NCBI GenBank assembly: GCA_041483895.1
Contig: JBGPGO010000015.1
Span: 1-64,000 of the forward strand
From: Fimbriimonadia bacterium
GTDB lineage: Bacteria > Armatimonadota > Fimbriimonadia > Fimbriimonadales > JABRVX01
Length of the DNA stretch: 64,000 nucleotides
Reading direction: 5' to 3'
A program made the position numbers and the translations under genes. Under the pieces are notes generated by a model. That model ran no database searches and was not told where the DNA came from. It saw only the letters and a list, made by a program, of their open reading frames with translations. Each line of letters begins with the position of its first letter. Position 1 is the first letter of the stretch. Below, one piece after another: positions 8,339 through 18,624 of this stretch.

Positions 8339-9838
8339 ATGAACTCGGACAGCTTTTTGCAAGACATTGGGAACTATCCTTCGGCGCCTATGGGCGACGA
8401 CGGAACGCCGTGCGATGTTCCGAATGACTGCCCCTTGCCCGAAGTGTGCATCGCCAAACGAGGACCAGATGGCGCCATATGGGTCGGCGGCCTTCATGGT
8501 GTTGCGAGGTGCGGAAGTGGTGAGTGGCGTTGCTTCTGGGGACGCAGATGGCTGCCGGAAAATAATGTCACCGACATCCGACTTTTCAATCGCGATGCAT
8601 TCCTACTAACCTCCGCTGGATGGTCGCGAATCGAACGGCGTGAAATGTCGCTCGCGGAGAAGGCGGCGCACTATCAGTCGCTGACGGAGGAACGGCACAC
8701 GCGACGGGGATATGTGACGCGATGCATCGTGCGGCCTGGCGAAGACCCGCCGTTTACGCACCGGTCGGTCGACAACGACGGTCTGTGGACAGCCATTTAC
8801 TGCGTCGCGCAATGCTTTCGATTTGTTGTCACAGGTGACCCGGAGGCAAAGCGGCTTGCCGATGCCAGCCTTTGCGCCCTGCTCGAGTTGGAACGTGTGA
8901 CCGGCATCCCCGGCTTCCCGGCGCGCAGCGTTGTGTTGCGCGATGAAACCGATGTCGTGCGAACGGAAGGCGAATGGCATCCTTCACCGGTCGAAACGGG
9001 AGCATCATGGAAAGGTGATACGTCTTCGGACGAGCTGAGCGGTCACTTTTTCGCATATCATATCTACCATCGGCTGATATCATCACATCCGGGGATGTCG
9101 GCGGCGGCACAGCGCATACTCGATCACTTAATCAAGAATGATCTGCAACTGATCGACGCGGACGGTTTGCCGACGCGATGGGGCGATTTCAGCCCGGCGA
9201 GCCTTAATCATGATCCCGCGTGGCGACAAGAAAAGGGTCTAAACTCCCTGTGCATACTATCATTTCTTCTTGTGGGCTATCAGTTATCCGGGCGAGAAGA
9301 CTATCTTGCACTGTATCACTCGCTGATTGATGAACACGGGTACGCGAGCAATTCTGTATGGCAAAAGATGCTGCCGCCGTATGAGGTGAATCACTCCGAC
9401 GATCAGCTTGCGTTTCTTGCCTTCTATTGTCTCTTGCACGGCCAGGACAATCCGCATCCCCAATTCGAGGCTGGATTGAGGAAAAGTTTTGAAGTCGAAT
9501 TTGTTGAACGCTGTCCACTTTTCAATCTTATTGCACTGACAGCGTTTCCGAATGAACAGGCGCTGCGTGATGCACGAAAAACATTGGAAGAATGGCCTTG
9601 GGATTTGCGCGATTGGTCGGTGCGCAACAGTCATCGCACAGATATCATCTATGACAAATCTCCCGACCGTTTTGGCAGACGTCAACTGGTATTGGTATTG
9701 TCGCCGATGGAGCGTCCCGTATATCGGTGGAACAGCAATCCATTTATCGCCGACGGCGGCGGAGACGGTTCGCTGGAAGAAGACGGTAGCGCGTGGCTGA
9801 TAGCGTACTGGCTAGGCCGATACCATGGTTTGCTTTAG
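8339..9838 (+). CDS. Conserved hypothetical protein (short propeller-like N-terminus plus probable alpha/alpha toroid)
   Basis: 499-aa ORF; DNDGLWTAIY and WKGDTSSDE motifs; function not assignable. Confidence 0.7.
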   Translation: MNSDSFLQDIGNYPSAPMGDDGTPCDVPNDCPLPEVCIAKRGPDGAIWVGGLHGVARCGSGEWRCFWGRRWLPENNVTDIRLFNRDAFLLTSAGWSRIERREMSLAEKAAHYQSLTEERHTRRGYVTRCIVRPGEDPPFTHRSVDNDGLWTAIYCVAQCFRFVVTGDPEAKRLADASLCALLELERVTGIPGFPARSVVLRDETDVVRTEGEWHPSPVETGASWKGDTSSDELSGHFFAYHIYHRLISSHPGMSAAAQRILDHLIKNDLQLIDADGLPTRWGDFSPASLNHDPAWRQEKGLNSLCILSFLLVGYQLSGREDYLALYHSLIDEHGYASNSVWQKMLPPYEVNHSDDQLAFLAFYCLLHGQDNPHPQFEAGLRKSFEVEFVERCPLFNLIALTAFPNEQALRDARKTLEEWPWDLRDWSVRNSHRTDIIYDKSPDRFGRRQLVLVLSPMERPVYRWNSNPFIADGGGDGSLEEDGSAWLIAYWLGRYHGLL

Positions 9839-11727
9839 ACCTCTACACCCAAAATGCCGGCGTATTCCGCGGCCGCCTCCCAATCCGCCAACGCCCGCGC
9901 CACCCGTGCCTGCATCTCTTCGTGCCTTTGCGATAGTTCAATCACGTTATCTTGCGGCCCCGGCGACCAGAGACGGTCTTCCAGCTGCTTCATCGCCAAC
10001 TCGGCATCGTGCACGGAAACGGTCGCATTCTCCAAAGCCTGCTTCGCCTTGATCCTCTCCTTCGATAGTTGGTGCGCGCTCAATTCCGCCGCCTTGGGTT
10101 GCACGGATGGAATGATTTTCGCGGGAACAGGAGCCTTTCGCACGCGATACTCATCGTAATTGCCCGAAAAATCTTTGATCGTCGAGTCTGATATCTCCAC
10201 GGTTCGCGTTGTCACCACGGAGAGCAGAAACCGATCGTGCGACACGACGATGATGGTCCCGCAATACTCCTTGAGGCATCGTACCAGCGCCTCGCGCGAT
10301 GCAATATCGAGGTGGTTCGTCGGCTCGTCGAGCACCAAGAGATTGGGATTGATGAGGAAAAGCTGCGCGAGAACGAGCTTGTTCTTCTCCCCGCCGGACA
10401 GCTTTCCAACAGGCTTGAAAACATCGTCCCCGGAGAAGAGAAATTTCCCTAAATGGTGGCGCGCCTCGGATGACGAAAGGCTGAAATTCTCGATAATATG
10501 ATCGATGACGGTGGCGTCCGGGTCCAGATCGACATTGTCCTGCGCAAAATAGCCTGCCGTAACATTCGATCCTAACGACGCCTTGCCGGAGTTTGGCTCT
10601 TCCCTGCCCATCAAAATGCGAATCAGCGTTGATTTGCCGGAGCCGTTCCCGCCGATAATTCCCACGCGATCCCCAAGCCGGACGACGAGATCAACATTGG
10701 GAAACAGCTCACGCTCGCCATATCGCATTCCAACGCCTTCCCAAACCGCAACAACATCCCCGCTGCGCGCTACCTTCCCCATCTTCAGCCGCATCTTCTC
10801 CTGGCCTGGCGGGGGCTTCAACCCCTCCTTGACCAGCCGATTCATCATCTTCAGCCGTCCCCTCGCTTGGGCAGTCCGTTGGCTGCCCATGTGAATCCGC
10901 ACGTACTCATCCAGCTTTTGGATCTCTGCCTGCCGCTGCTCGAACTCCTTTGCCTGCCGTTCTCGCCGCTCCTCCTTGAGTTGGGCAAATTTGGAATAGT
11001 TGCCGGCGTACAGGACAAGTGATTTCTCTTCAATTTCCGCGATATGGGTCGTCACTCGGTCGAGGAAGACTCTATCGTGCGAAACGACGACAATGGAGCC
11101 GCCGAATCCGGTCAAGAACTCTTCCAGCCACTCGATTGCCGCCAGGTCAAGGTGGTTGGTTGGCTCGTCCAAAAAGAGGAGGTCCGGACTGAGCAAGAGC
11201 ATCTTCGCGAGTGCCAGTCTGGTCTTCTCGCCCCCGGACAGAATTGATCCAGTTTTGTCTAAGTCTTCATGTCTAAACCCTAACTTAACCAGCACCAGCG
11301 GCACGTCGCGAAGACTCTGGAATCCGCCCATATCATCAAACCGTTCATGCAGATCGCTGTATTCATCCAGCAGCTCCGCAGCTTGATGGCCACCGGAGTT
11401 GGACATCAAATCCTCGAGTTCGCGGAGCCTGGACTCCATTTTCAGTACCGGTTCGAAGGCGTGCTCGGCCTCTTGCATCACGGTTTTATCAGGGTCAACC
11501 GCATCTTCTTGCCGAAGATATCCGGTCCGAAGTCCCCGTGCGGTCGTTATCGATCCGCGTGTCGGCTCCAATTGCCCGGTCAGGACGCGCAAGATGCTGG
11601 TTTTCCCGCAACCATTGGGTCCAATCAGTCCAATCCGTTGCCGTTTCTCAACTCGGAAATCGACATCGGCAAGGATTTCGTCGGGCCCATACCCGATGGA
11701 GATGCCGCCGGCGGCGAGGAGGCTCAT
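9835..11727 (-). CDS. ABC-F family ATP-binding protein
   Basis: Two NBDs (GPNGCGKT, GGNGSGKST; LSGGEK; LDEPTNHLD twice), no TM segments. Confidence 0.95.
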   Translation of the reverse strand: MSLLAAGGISIGYGPDEILADVDFRVEKRQRIGLIGPNGCGKTSILRVLTGQLEPTRGSITTARGLRTGYLRQEDAVDPDKTVMQEAEHAFEPVLKMESRLRELEDLMSNSGGHQAAELLDEYSDLHERFDDMGGFQSLRDVPLVLVKLGFRHEDLDKTGSILSGGEKTRLALAKMLLLSPDLLFLDEPTNHLDLAAIEWLEEFLTGFGGSIVVVSHDRVFLDRVTTHIAEIEEKSLVLYAGNYSKFAQLKEERRERQAKEFEQRQAEIQKLDEYVRIHMGSQRTAQARGRLKMMNRLVKEGLKPPPGQEKMRLKMGKVARSGDVVAVWEGVGMRYGERELFPNVDLVVRLGDRVGIIGGNGSGKSTLIRILMGREEPNSGKASLGSNVTAGYFAQDNVDLDPDATVIDHIIENFSLSSSEARHHLGKFLFSGDDVFKPVGKLSGGEKNKLVLAQLFLINPNLLVLDEPTNHLDIASREALVRCLKEYCGTIIVVSHDRFLLSVVTTRTVEISDSTIKDFSGNYDEYRVRKAPVPAKIIPSVQPKAAELSAHQLSKERIKAKQALENATVSVHDAELAMKQLEDRLWSPGPQDNVIELSQRHEEMQARVARALADWEAAAEYAGILGVEV

Positions 11728-11739
11728 TGCGTGGACAAG

Positions 11740-12429
11740 CTAGATCTGCCAACCATCTCGAACCAGCCTCGTGATCTCATTCGAGACGACCTCAAGAAAC
11801 TCGTTCATCACAGATGCCGGTTGGGAATAATCGCCGCCGAACGAGCCGTCCCCCAGCTCGCCCCGATAGTGGCTGCTCGGAACGTATCGTGGGATATCAA
11901 CAAACGGCTTCGTTCCATCCGGCTGCTCGATGTTCGTGAACGAGAAGTTCTCGCTCCAGTTGGCATGGGATTGCTTCGCCCCAATGCGATCGGCAAATTC
12001 GACCGCCACAGGCATCCGCCACCAGTCGACAGCCTGCAGATACAGATCGTGATGCCGCTCCGCCAATTCCTGGAGGCACTGGAGACCCGGAGTATTTCCC
12101 CCATGCCCGTTTAGTACAAGTATTCGCTTGAATCCTTGATCATAAAGGTTGCCAATCACCTCGCGCAACACGTCACACAGCGTCTCGAGGGAGATGCTGA
12201 TCGTGCCAGGGTACGACGCAAACACGTGCGAAACGCCGAAATTCAGCGGCGGCGCGATGAGGATGCTCTCGGCCCTTGCGGCACGTTCCGCAATCGCGAG
12301 CGGGACCTTGATATCCGTCATCAGGCTGAGGCCGCAGTGCTGCTCGCACGCGCCGATCGGCAGGATGAGCCGGTCATCCCGCTCCAAATAGCGTTCGATC
12401 TGCTGCCACGTCATGTCCGCAAAGTGCAT
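11740..12429 (-). CDS. Creatininase family amidohydrolase
   Basis: LPIGACEQH, PGTISI and NGHGGN motifs. Confidence 0.9.
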   Translation of the reverse strand: MHFADMTWQQIERYLERDDRLILPIGACEQHCGLSLMTDIKVPLAIAERAARAESILIAPPLNFGVSHVFASYPGTISISLETLCDVLREVIGNLYDQGFKRILVLNGHGGNTPGLQCLQELAERHHDLYLQAVDWWRMPVAVEFADRIGAKQSHANWSENFSFTNIEQPDGTKPFVDIPRYVPSSHYRGELGDGSFGGDYSQPASVMNEFLEVVSNEITRLVRDGWQI

Positions 12430-12461
12430 GAATTCCTCCGATTGCCGCCTGGAAGGCTGCG

Positions 12462-12965
12462 TTACGAAGCGATTGTTCGGATGGCTTGAAGAGCCGCGTC
12501 GTAGTTCGGTTCTTTCCCGACTTCGGGAACATACTCGACGTACTTAATCTCGCCCGCAGGATCCACCACGAAAACCGCGCGACTTTCCCATCGCATGTCC
12601 GGCATCAAAGTCCCATACGCCTTGCCGAAAGCCACGTCGAAATGGTCCGAAGCAGCCTGCATCGTCACATTATTGTCACCACAAAATCGAGCCTGCGCAA
12701 CAGGCAGATCGACGCTGACCGTGAGAAACTTGACGTTGTCCGGCATTCGGGACATCTCATCGTTGAAGCGTTTGGTCTGCAATGCGCAGACCGAAGTGTC
12801 GAGCGAAGGAACGACGCTGAGAACCAGCACCTTCCCGGCGAAATCGCTCAATTTGACCTCGCCGCCTTTGGAGCGAAGGTTGAATCCCGGCGCCCGCTCC
12901 CCCACTTTCATCTCCGGACCGGACAATTCGTGTTCTTTGCCGCCCATAATCGTTGTTCGAGCCAT
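12462..12965 (-). CDS. tpx: Thiol peroxidase
   Basis: VPSLDTSVC, SVDLPVAQARFC and EPNYDAAL motifs. Confidence 0.93.
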   Translation of the reverse strand: MARTTIMGGKEHELSGPEMKVGERAPGFNLRSKGGEVKLSDFAGKVLVLSVVPSLDTSVCALQTKRFNDEMSRMPDNVKFLTVSVDLPVAQARFCGDNNVTMQAASDHFDVAFGKAYGTLMPDMRWESRAVFVVDPAGEIKYVEYVPEVGKEPNYDAALQAIRTIAS

Positions 12966-13103
12966 TTTTGTCTCCTTTGACCGTCAATAGCCAAATCTTA
13001 CCCGGCTAAGGGAGGCATAAGTGGAGGCAGACGCTCGCAAACCGGGACCAGGATATCCCTTGATCCCTCGGCAGGCCCGACGCAGACTGCTGGATAGCGG
13101 AAC

Positions 13104-13817
13104 CTACAGCTTTTTTATGCGGATATTCCGGTACGTCACGAGATTGCCGTGATCTTGCAGGACGATATGGCCCTTCGTCATCTTGCCGTAATCGGGAGAG
13201 TCCTTGAACTTACTTGCGGCGACCTTGGCCTTCCAGTCGTCGCCTCCCAGTTCATATTCGACAATCTTCACGCCATTCAGCCAGTGCTCCACATGGTTAC
13301 CCTTGCAAATAATCCGAACTTCGTTGAACTGATTCGCCGCCTTCACAACCTTCTTGGACGGCGCGTAAACGGCATAGGCGGACCCGGCGGACGTGAACGG
13401 GCTGTGTCCGTCGGGATGGCCGGCGTCGTCAAGAACCTGCATCTCCGGTCCTGTCTGCCACGGGGCATCATACTTTTCGGAAACGCGATACATAATGCCG
13501 CTGTTTCCGGCCGGCTCAATCTTCCATTCCAGCCGAAGTTCGAAGTCGCCATATTCGTCGACCGTCATGATGTCTCCGCCTTCGCTGCCGGGGGTGTAGA
13601 CCAGGTCGCCGTTCTTGACGCTCCAGCCCGTCGGCGCGTGGTCCATCTTGAATCCCCGCCATCCGGTGGTGGTCTTGCCGTCCAAGATCATCTTCCAACC
13701 CTCGGCGATTTCGGCCCTCGATAGCTGAAAGTGGTTCGCTTGAGGCTCTGGCTGCCCTGCGGGCGCCTGGCACCCCAGCAAGACAAAGGGTATGAGTAAG
13801 GTTAGAATTCCTGTCAT
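13104..13817 (-). CDS. DUF1080 / 3-keto-disaccharide hydrolase-like lipoprotein
   Basis: Lipobox LLGC; GNSGIMYR, PEMQVLD and GHIVLQDHG..YRNIRIK motifs. Confidence 0.9.
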   Translation of the reverse strand: MTGILTLLIPFVLLGCQAPAGQPEPQANHFQLSRAEIAEGWKMILDGKTTTGWRGFKMDHAPTGWSVKNGDLVYTPGSEGGDIMTVDEYGDFELRLEWKIEPAGNSGIMYRVSEKYDAPWQTGPEMQVLDDAGHPDGHSPFTSAGSAYAVYAPSKKVVKAANQFNEVRIICKGNHVEHWLNGVKIVEYELGGDDWKAKVAASKFKDSPDYGKMTKGHIVLQDHGNLVTYRNIRIKKL

Positions 13818-13922
13818 GGCTCTGACTTCACCGTTTCCTCAAAAATTCCTTCACCCGTTTTAGACGGGATGGGCCACCGTCACGTTACTATTGTGCCTGG
13901 CGGGTATAATTTCGACCGTCGT

Positions 13923-13998
13923 GGGGGTGTAGCTCAGCTGGGAGAGCGCTGCAATCGCACTGCAGAGGTCGTGGGTTCGAATCCCATCATCTCCACCA
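13923..13998 (+). tRNA. tRNA-Ala(CGC)
   Basis: Cloverleaf with G3:U70, anticodon arm CTGCA-AT-CGC-AC-TGCAG, ends ACCA; TATAAT at 13905-13910. Confidence 0.96.
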
Positions 13999-14074
13999 AA
14001 CCAGTTTTGCGTTCACAACCCGGGAAAAAAGCTTCGGGTTTCGAACTCTAGGCCTCTCTCCGATGTCAATGGGA

Positions 14075-15340
14075 TCACTGACCGAGCCAGGCGCGCACCA
14101 ATCTGCTTTCCGCCGACCGAGAATATGCCTCCGCCTCCGCGAGTCCAACCTGGGCCAGGGTCAATTGAGCTCTCGTGTCAAGAACCTCCGCAAGAATTGC
14201 CTTGCCCTCTTCATATCGGATCATCGCGATCCGATGCGCCTCAGCACTCGCCACGAATTCCGCCTGCGAGGCCTTCATGACCGATGGAACCGATTGCCAA
14301 ACGCTCCATGCGGCGGATACCTCAGCTTCGATCTTCAGCCGCAGTTCCGCAAGTTCGGCCTCGGATCGCTTTGCCATCGCCGCACTCTGCGCGATCGCGG
14401 CCTTTCGCTCACCACCATCCACAAGCGGGAAGCTGAGGACGAGCCCGATTTTGGCAGAATCGTCGAAGGGCGCGCCGCTCGGACGCATCGATTCACCCAT
14501 GGCCACCAGGCTGATTTCGGGCCGCGAACTCGCCCGCACCGCGTCGATACCATACAGACTTGATTGTCGTTCGTGCGCAAGTCCCTTTAGCTCCGGGCGG
14601 TTCTGAATCGCTTGGGACACAGCCACATCGAGTGAGCCGGGAAGTGATATTTTTTCATCCCAGGCGCCGACAACGATTGGCACGGTCGCGGATTCGCCGA
14701 CGGCCTCGTGGAGCATGGCGAGTGAGCTATCTCTGTCGGCGCTCGCCATGGCCAGCTCCTTCTCCATTCGGGCCACCTCTGCCTCAGCGCGGAGCAAAAA
14801 CGCCTCGGGAAAACTGCCTGCCTCAACCTTCGCGCGCGTCACTCGTGACAGCTCCTTTGCCGATGCAAGTGCGTCTTCTCGCGCCTTTACAACGTCCTGC
14901 TTTAGCAGCGCATCGGAAAACCCCAGGCGCACCCGCAATTCGACGTCCGCCCGTCCTGCGTCGAGGGAGAGGCGCGTCGCCGCAATGATTTCGTCATGCG
15001 ACCGGCTGAGAAATCTATCTTTGCCAAAAGTGAACAGCCGCCACATCAACATGGCGTTCGCGACAGCGACATTGGAATTGGGGAGCATCGCGTAACTGGT
15101 CGGCATGCCGGTCGAGGAAAATATCATGTTGCCGTTCCCCGTAACGCCGAAGCCGTTGAGCGACACCTGCGGATGGTAGGCTGACAATTCCATATTCTTT
15201 CTTGCTTGCGCCGCATCGATATCCGTTCGAAGCGCCGCCAATGCAGGGTGACGCTCACGAGCTTCTTGGAGCGCTTGCTGGAGCGAAAGCGGTTTGCCCT
15301 GCGCAAGAACGGCGATCGCAAAGATGGCGCCTAGTATCAT
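14075..15340 (-). CDS. TolC family outer-membrane efflux protein
   Basis: Signal peptide, two OEP-like repeats (RYEEGKAILAEVLD); last gene of the RND operon. Confidence 0.9.
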   Translation of the reverse strand: MILGAIFAIAVLAQGKPLSLQQALQEARERHPALAALRTDIDAAQARKNMELSAYHPQVSLNGFGVTGNGNMIFSSTGMPTSYAMLPNSNVAVANAMLMWRLFTFGKDRFLSRSHDEIIAATRLSLDAGRADVELRVRLGFSDALLKQDVVKAREDALASAKELSRVTRAKVEAGSFPEAFLLRAEAEVARMEKELAMASADRDSSLAMLHEAVGESATVPIVVGAWDEKISLPGSLDVAVSQAIQNRPELKGLAHERQSSLYGIDAVRASSRPEISLVAMGESMRPSGAPFDDSAKIGLVLSFPLVDGGERKAAIAQSAAMAKRSEAELAELRLKIEAEVSAAWSVWQSVPSVMKASQAEFVASAEAHRIAMIRYEEGKAILAEVLDTRAQLTLAQVGLAEAEAYSRSAESRLVRAWLGQ

Positions 15341-18300
15341 GACTGTGTTCCCTCCTCAAGATCGACGGGTGGTAGTGATTTCGGGTCTACTCGGACAATA
15401 TGGACCTGAATCCATCGGACCAGGTCATCCACAACAGTGTGCATGATGGGGATGTCAAGCAGTGATAGCACTGTGCCCACAAGCAGCCCGCCAATCACCA
15501 CCGTTCCCAAAGGCTGGTACGCATCCAGGCCGGATTTCGGGAAGAAGGCGACCGGCGCCATCGTGAGAATGGTGATGAGCGAAGTCATCAATATCGGGCG
15601 CAATCGCTGCGGGCAGGCTTTGGCAACCGCTTCGTTGCGTGGCAGACCCTCGTGGCGGTAATACAGGATCAAATCGATGAGCAGAATCGCCGTCACGATA
15701 TCCATTCCGCTCAGCACGATAACGCCAAGAATCGAAACGGTGGAGAAGGCCTGATTCATCACCCAAAGCATGAAAAATACACCGCTCAACTCCAGTGGAA
15801 GGCTGAATAACATCTGCAGAGGCTGCAAGAATCCGCCGAACTGCGCCACTAAGATGAAATACATCAGGGCCAGCGCGATGAGGAGCCCAAACAACATGGT
15901 GCGAAAGCTCATCATCATCTGCGTCATATCGCCGCGCGCCTCGATACCGTACCCCGGCGGAAAGTTGAGAGAGGCCATCGCGCGCATCTGCACATCCATC
16001 GTGAGGTCCATGCTCGGGCGGCCGTTCTTCCGATAGTATCCACCTACTGTGATCACGCGCCGCAGCTGATCGTGCTCAATCGCGCTCGGCGCCACACGCG
16101 GTTCCAACCGCACAAGTTCCAGAAGAGGTACCTGTTCCCCCGCCGATCCGGTCAAATACATTCCGTCCAGGTCGCGCAGGTTCATGCGCTGATCATCCTT
16201 ATACCGGAGCAATACACCAAGCGCACGGCGGTTTTCGGGCCGATAAAACTCCATCGCGAAGCCGCCCCGAAGGCTATAGTAGGCCTGCTCCGCAATTGCG
16301 GCCGGAGACAGACCATGACGGGACGCTTTCTCCTGATCCACCACGAGCGTATAGGTGGGCTTCGTCATCTCCCAAGTGAGGAACGGCTCGGCAATGTCCG
16401 GCTTGCCGGACTTCGGGTTGATTGATTCGTGCTGGGCGATGTGCAGTACGTCCCGTCCCATCTGATCGAGAGTCCGTAGGTTGTCACCGTACACGATCAG
16501 GGAAACCGGCGAAAGAGACGTGGCCATGAGGTCGCTTCCCATCTCCTTAATCTGAACCCTTCGCACGCCGGCGATCTCCTTTTCCGCGCGAGCCGAAACA
16601 CGATCCATAATGCCCCAGATATCGCGTCGGCCCGTGTCTTTATCCGTAAAGGTCAGCATCGCGGAGGCTGAGTTCACCGCGTTCATCTGATAGCCGCTAA
16701 AATAGGCGCCACCCGTCGTCATGCCGGGGCCGCCTTCTTGACCGATCTCAATGCTGGCGTTGTCCAACCAGCCCTTCGAGCCCGCCTCCTCCATCAATAT
16801 CCGCTCCAATTGACGAACCCCGCGCTCCGTCTTCGCGAACGACGCGCCTGGCTGCATCTCCATCTGCAAACTGGCCTGGCCCACGTCCGCCAGCGGCATC
16901 ATCTCCGAGCCGATGAAATAGTAGAGTGTAAAGCCAAGTAACACGGTGATTCCGATGCGGACAAAATTGGCGAACCGGTGCATAAGCAGCCAACGGATCA
17001 GTCGCTCATACCCCCTCTCCAGGCGTTCAAGCCCACGCTCGAATGGGTGCAGGAAAATGCGGCTGAACCAGGTCTGCGAACGGTCTTCCGGCAGCGTCAT
17101 GAAGCGGGAGCACAACACCGCCGTCAGTGTCATGGAGACGATGTAGCTGGCGATCACGCCGAAGATGATAGGAAAGCAGAGGCCGACGAACATCAGCTGC
17201 GTAATGCCCCCGCTTACCATAAGGGGGATCAGGGCGACGATCAAGACTACTGTGGCGGCGAGAACCGACCGGCGGACCTGACTGATCCCGTCTACGGTCG
17301 CCTGCCGCCGATCTTTGCCCATCCTGAGGTGCCGCTCGACCGAATGGATATCTATGATCGCGTCATCCACAAGCCGTCCGATAGCGACGAGAAGGCCGAC
17401 CAGAGTGCTGCTGTTGAGGCTCATTCCAAGCGGGGCCATCGCGAGCAGCGCCATCGCCATCGATGTCGGGATCGCCGTAAGTGCAATCGCCGTGCCTCGC
17501 GGCTCCCCGAGGAAGAAGAGCACCGCCAAGCCGGTCAGGATCACCGCGATGAGCAGCTCTTCGCCCATGTTGTCAAACAGTTTGTTCACGAATCGCGCGT
17601 TGTTATAGGCGACCTTGAGCGATATTCCGGGGTAGCGAGCCTCAAATTCTTTCGCCGTCTTCTCAACCGCCTCAATCGTTACAGGTGAGCTGGCATCGGG
17701 ATTCTGCAGGACGTTGATTAGTATCCCTTCTTCGATCTTGCTCCCATGCAGATGGTGGTACGCCGAACGCTGCTCGATTGTCGTATCCCGCGCAGAGGCA
17801 ACGTCGCCAATCCGAACCACTCGTCCCTTCACGTTCTTCACAGGATAGGCAGCCACGTCCGACGGGCTTCGCGGCAGCGTATCTACCCGAAAAATCGGCT
17901 CATCATTTTCATTCGTAACGAATCCCGCTGATCGGGCCACATTCGCCTGGTCCATGGCTGTTCGCAAGTCGAGGATGGACAGCCCATAGCTCTGGAGCTT
18001 GTCCCTGTCTGCCAGTATTTGCAACTGCCGTCTATGGCCGCCGAAGGTGGAAACGGTGTAGACGTTGGGATGCGCGGCCTTGAAGCCGTTGAGCAGCTCG
18101 TTGTCCGCCAGATCGCGCAGCCGTGCCAAATCCCAACCCTGCTTCGCGTCGCCGGTGAGAGAAAAGGATAGCACGGGGAGATTGAGTGGATCGACGCGAA
18201 GAATCCAGCTTGGTTTGAGGTTCGCTCCCGTCGAGGGCAGGTCGGCCTGGACGATATTGAGAAGGCTTTGCGTCTCGGTTTGCGCCCGCAGCATATTAGC

Positions 18301-18624
18301 GCCGTAGGGAAACTCCAAGACCACCATGCTGAACCCGTCCTGGCTAACGGAACGAATGTACCGGACGTTTTGGATGGTGACCATCCGCTGTTCGATGGGG
18401 CCGGAGAAATAGCGCTCCATCTCCTCGGCGGAAAAGCCGGGCATTTCGGTAACGATGCCAAGCAGCGGGCTCTCGACGTACGGCATGAGGCGGCGAGGCA
18501 TGATCTTCCCAATCGCAATCCCTCCAAGGAGAATGAGGGCCAGATAAAATGCGATGACGGCCTGGGGATGATTGACCGACCATTCGATGATGCCAATGCG
18601 TTGGGGTTCTGCCTTGCCGCTCAA
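15337..18624 (-). CDS. RND efflux permease (AcrB/CusA family)
   Basis: 1095 aa; AIGRLVDDAI and RLRPILMTS motifs. Confidence 0.95.
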   Translation of the reverse strand: MSGKAEPQRIGIIEWSVNHPQAVIAFYLALILLGGIAIGKIMPRRLMPYVESPLLGIVTEMPGFSAEEMERYFSGPIEQRMVTIQNVRYIRSVSQDGFSMVVLEFPYGANMLRAQTETQSLLNIVQADLPSTGANLKPSWILRVDPLNLPVLSFSLTGDAKQGWDLARLRDLADNELLNGFKAAHPNVYTVSTFGGHRRQLQILADRDKLQSYGLSILDLRTAMDQANVARSAGFVTNENDEPIFRVDTLPRSPSDVAAYPVKNVKGRVVRIGDVASARDTTIEQRSAYHHLHGSKIEEGILINVLQNPDASSPVTIEAVEKTAKEFEARYPGISLKVAYNNARFVNKLFDNMGEELLIAVILTGLAVLFFLGEPRGTAIALTAIPTSMAMALLAMAPLGMSLNSSTLVGLLVAIGRLVDDAIIDIHSVERHLRMGKDRRQATVDGISQVRRSVLAATVVLIVALIPLMVSGGITQLMFVGLCFPIIFGVIASYIVSMTLTAVLCSRFMTLPEDRSQTWFSRIFLHPFERGLERLERGYERLIRWLLMHRFANFVRIGITVLLGFTLYYFIGSEMMPLADVGQASLQMEMQPGASFAKTERGVRQLERILMEEAGSKGWLDNASIEIGQEGGPGMTTGGAYFSGYQMNAVNSASAMLTFTDKDTGRRDIWGIMDRVSARAEKEIAGVRRVQIKEMGSDLMATSLSPVSLIVYGDNLRTLDQMGRDVLHIAQHESINPKSGKPDIAEPFLTWEMTKPTYTLVVDQEKASRHGLSPAAIAEQAYYSLRGGFAMEFYRPENRRALGVLLRYKDDQRMNLRDLDGMYLTGSAGEQVPLLELVRLEPRVAPSAIEHDQLRRVITVGGYYRKNGRPSMDLTMDVQMRAMASLNFPPGYGIEARGDMTQMMMSFRTMLFGLLIALALMYFILVAQFGGFLQPLQMLFSLPLELSGVFFMLWVMNQAFSTVSILGVIVLSGMDIVTAILLIDLILYYRHEGLPRNEAVAKACPQRLRPILMTSLITILTMAPVAFFPKSGLDAYQPLGTVVIGGLLVGTVLSLLDIPIMHTVVDDLVRWIQVHIVRVDPKSLPPVDLEEGTQS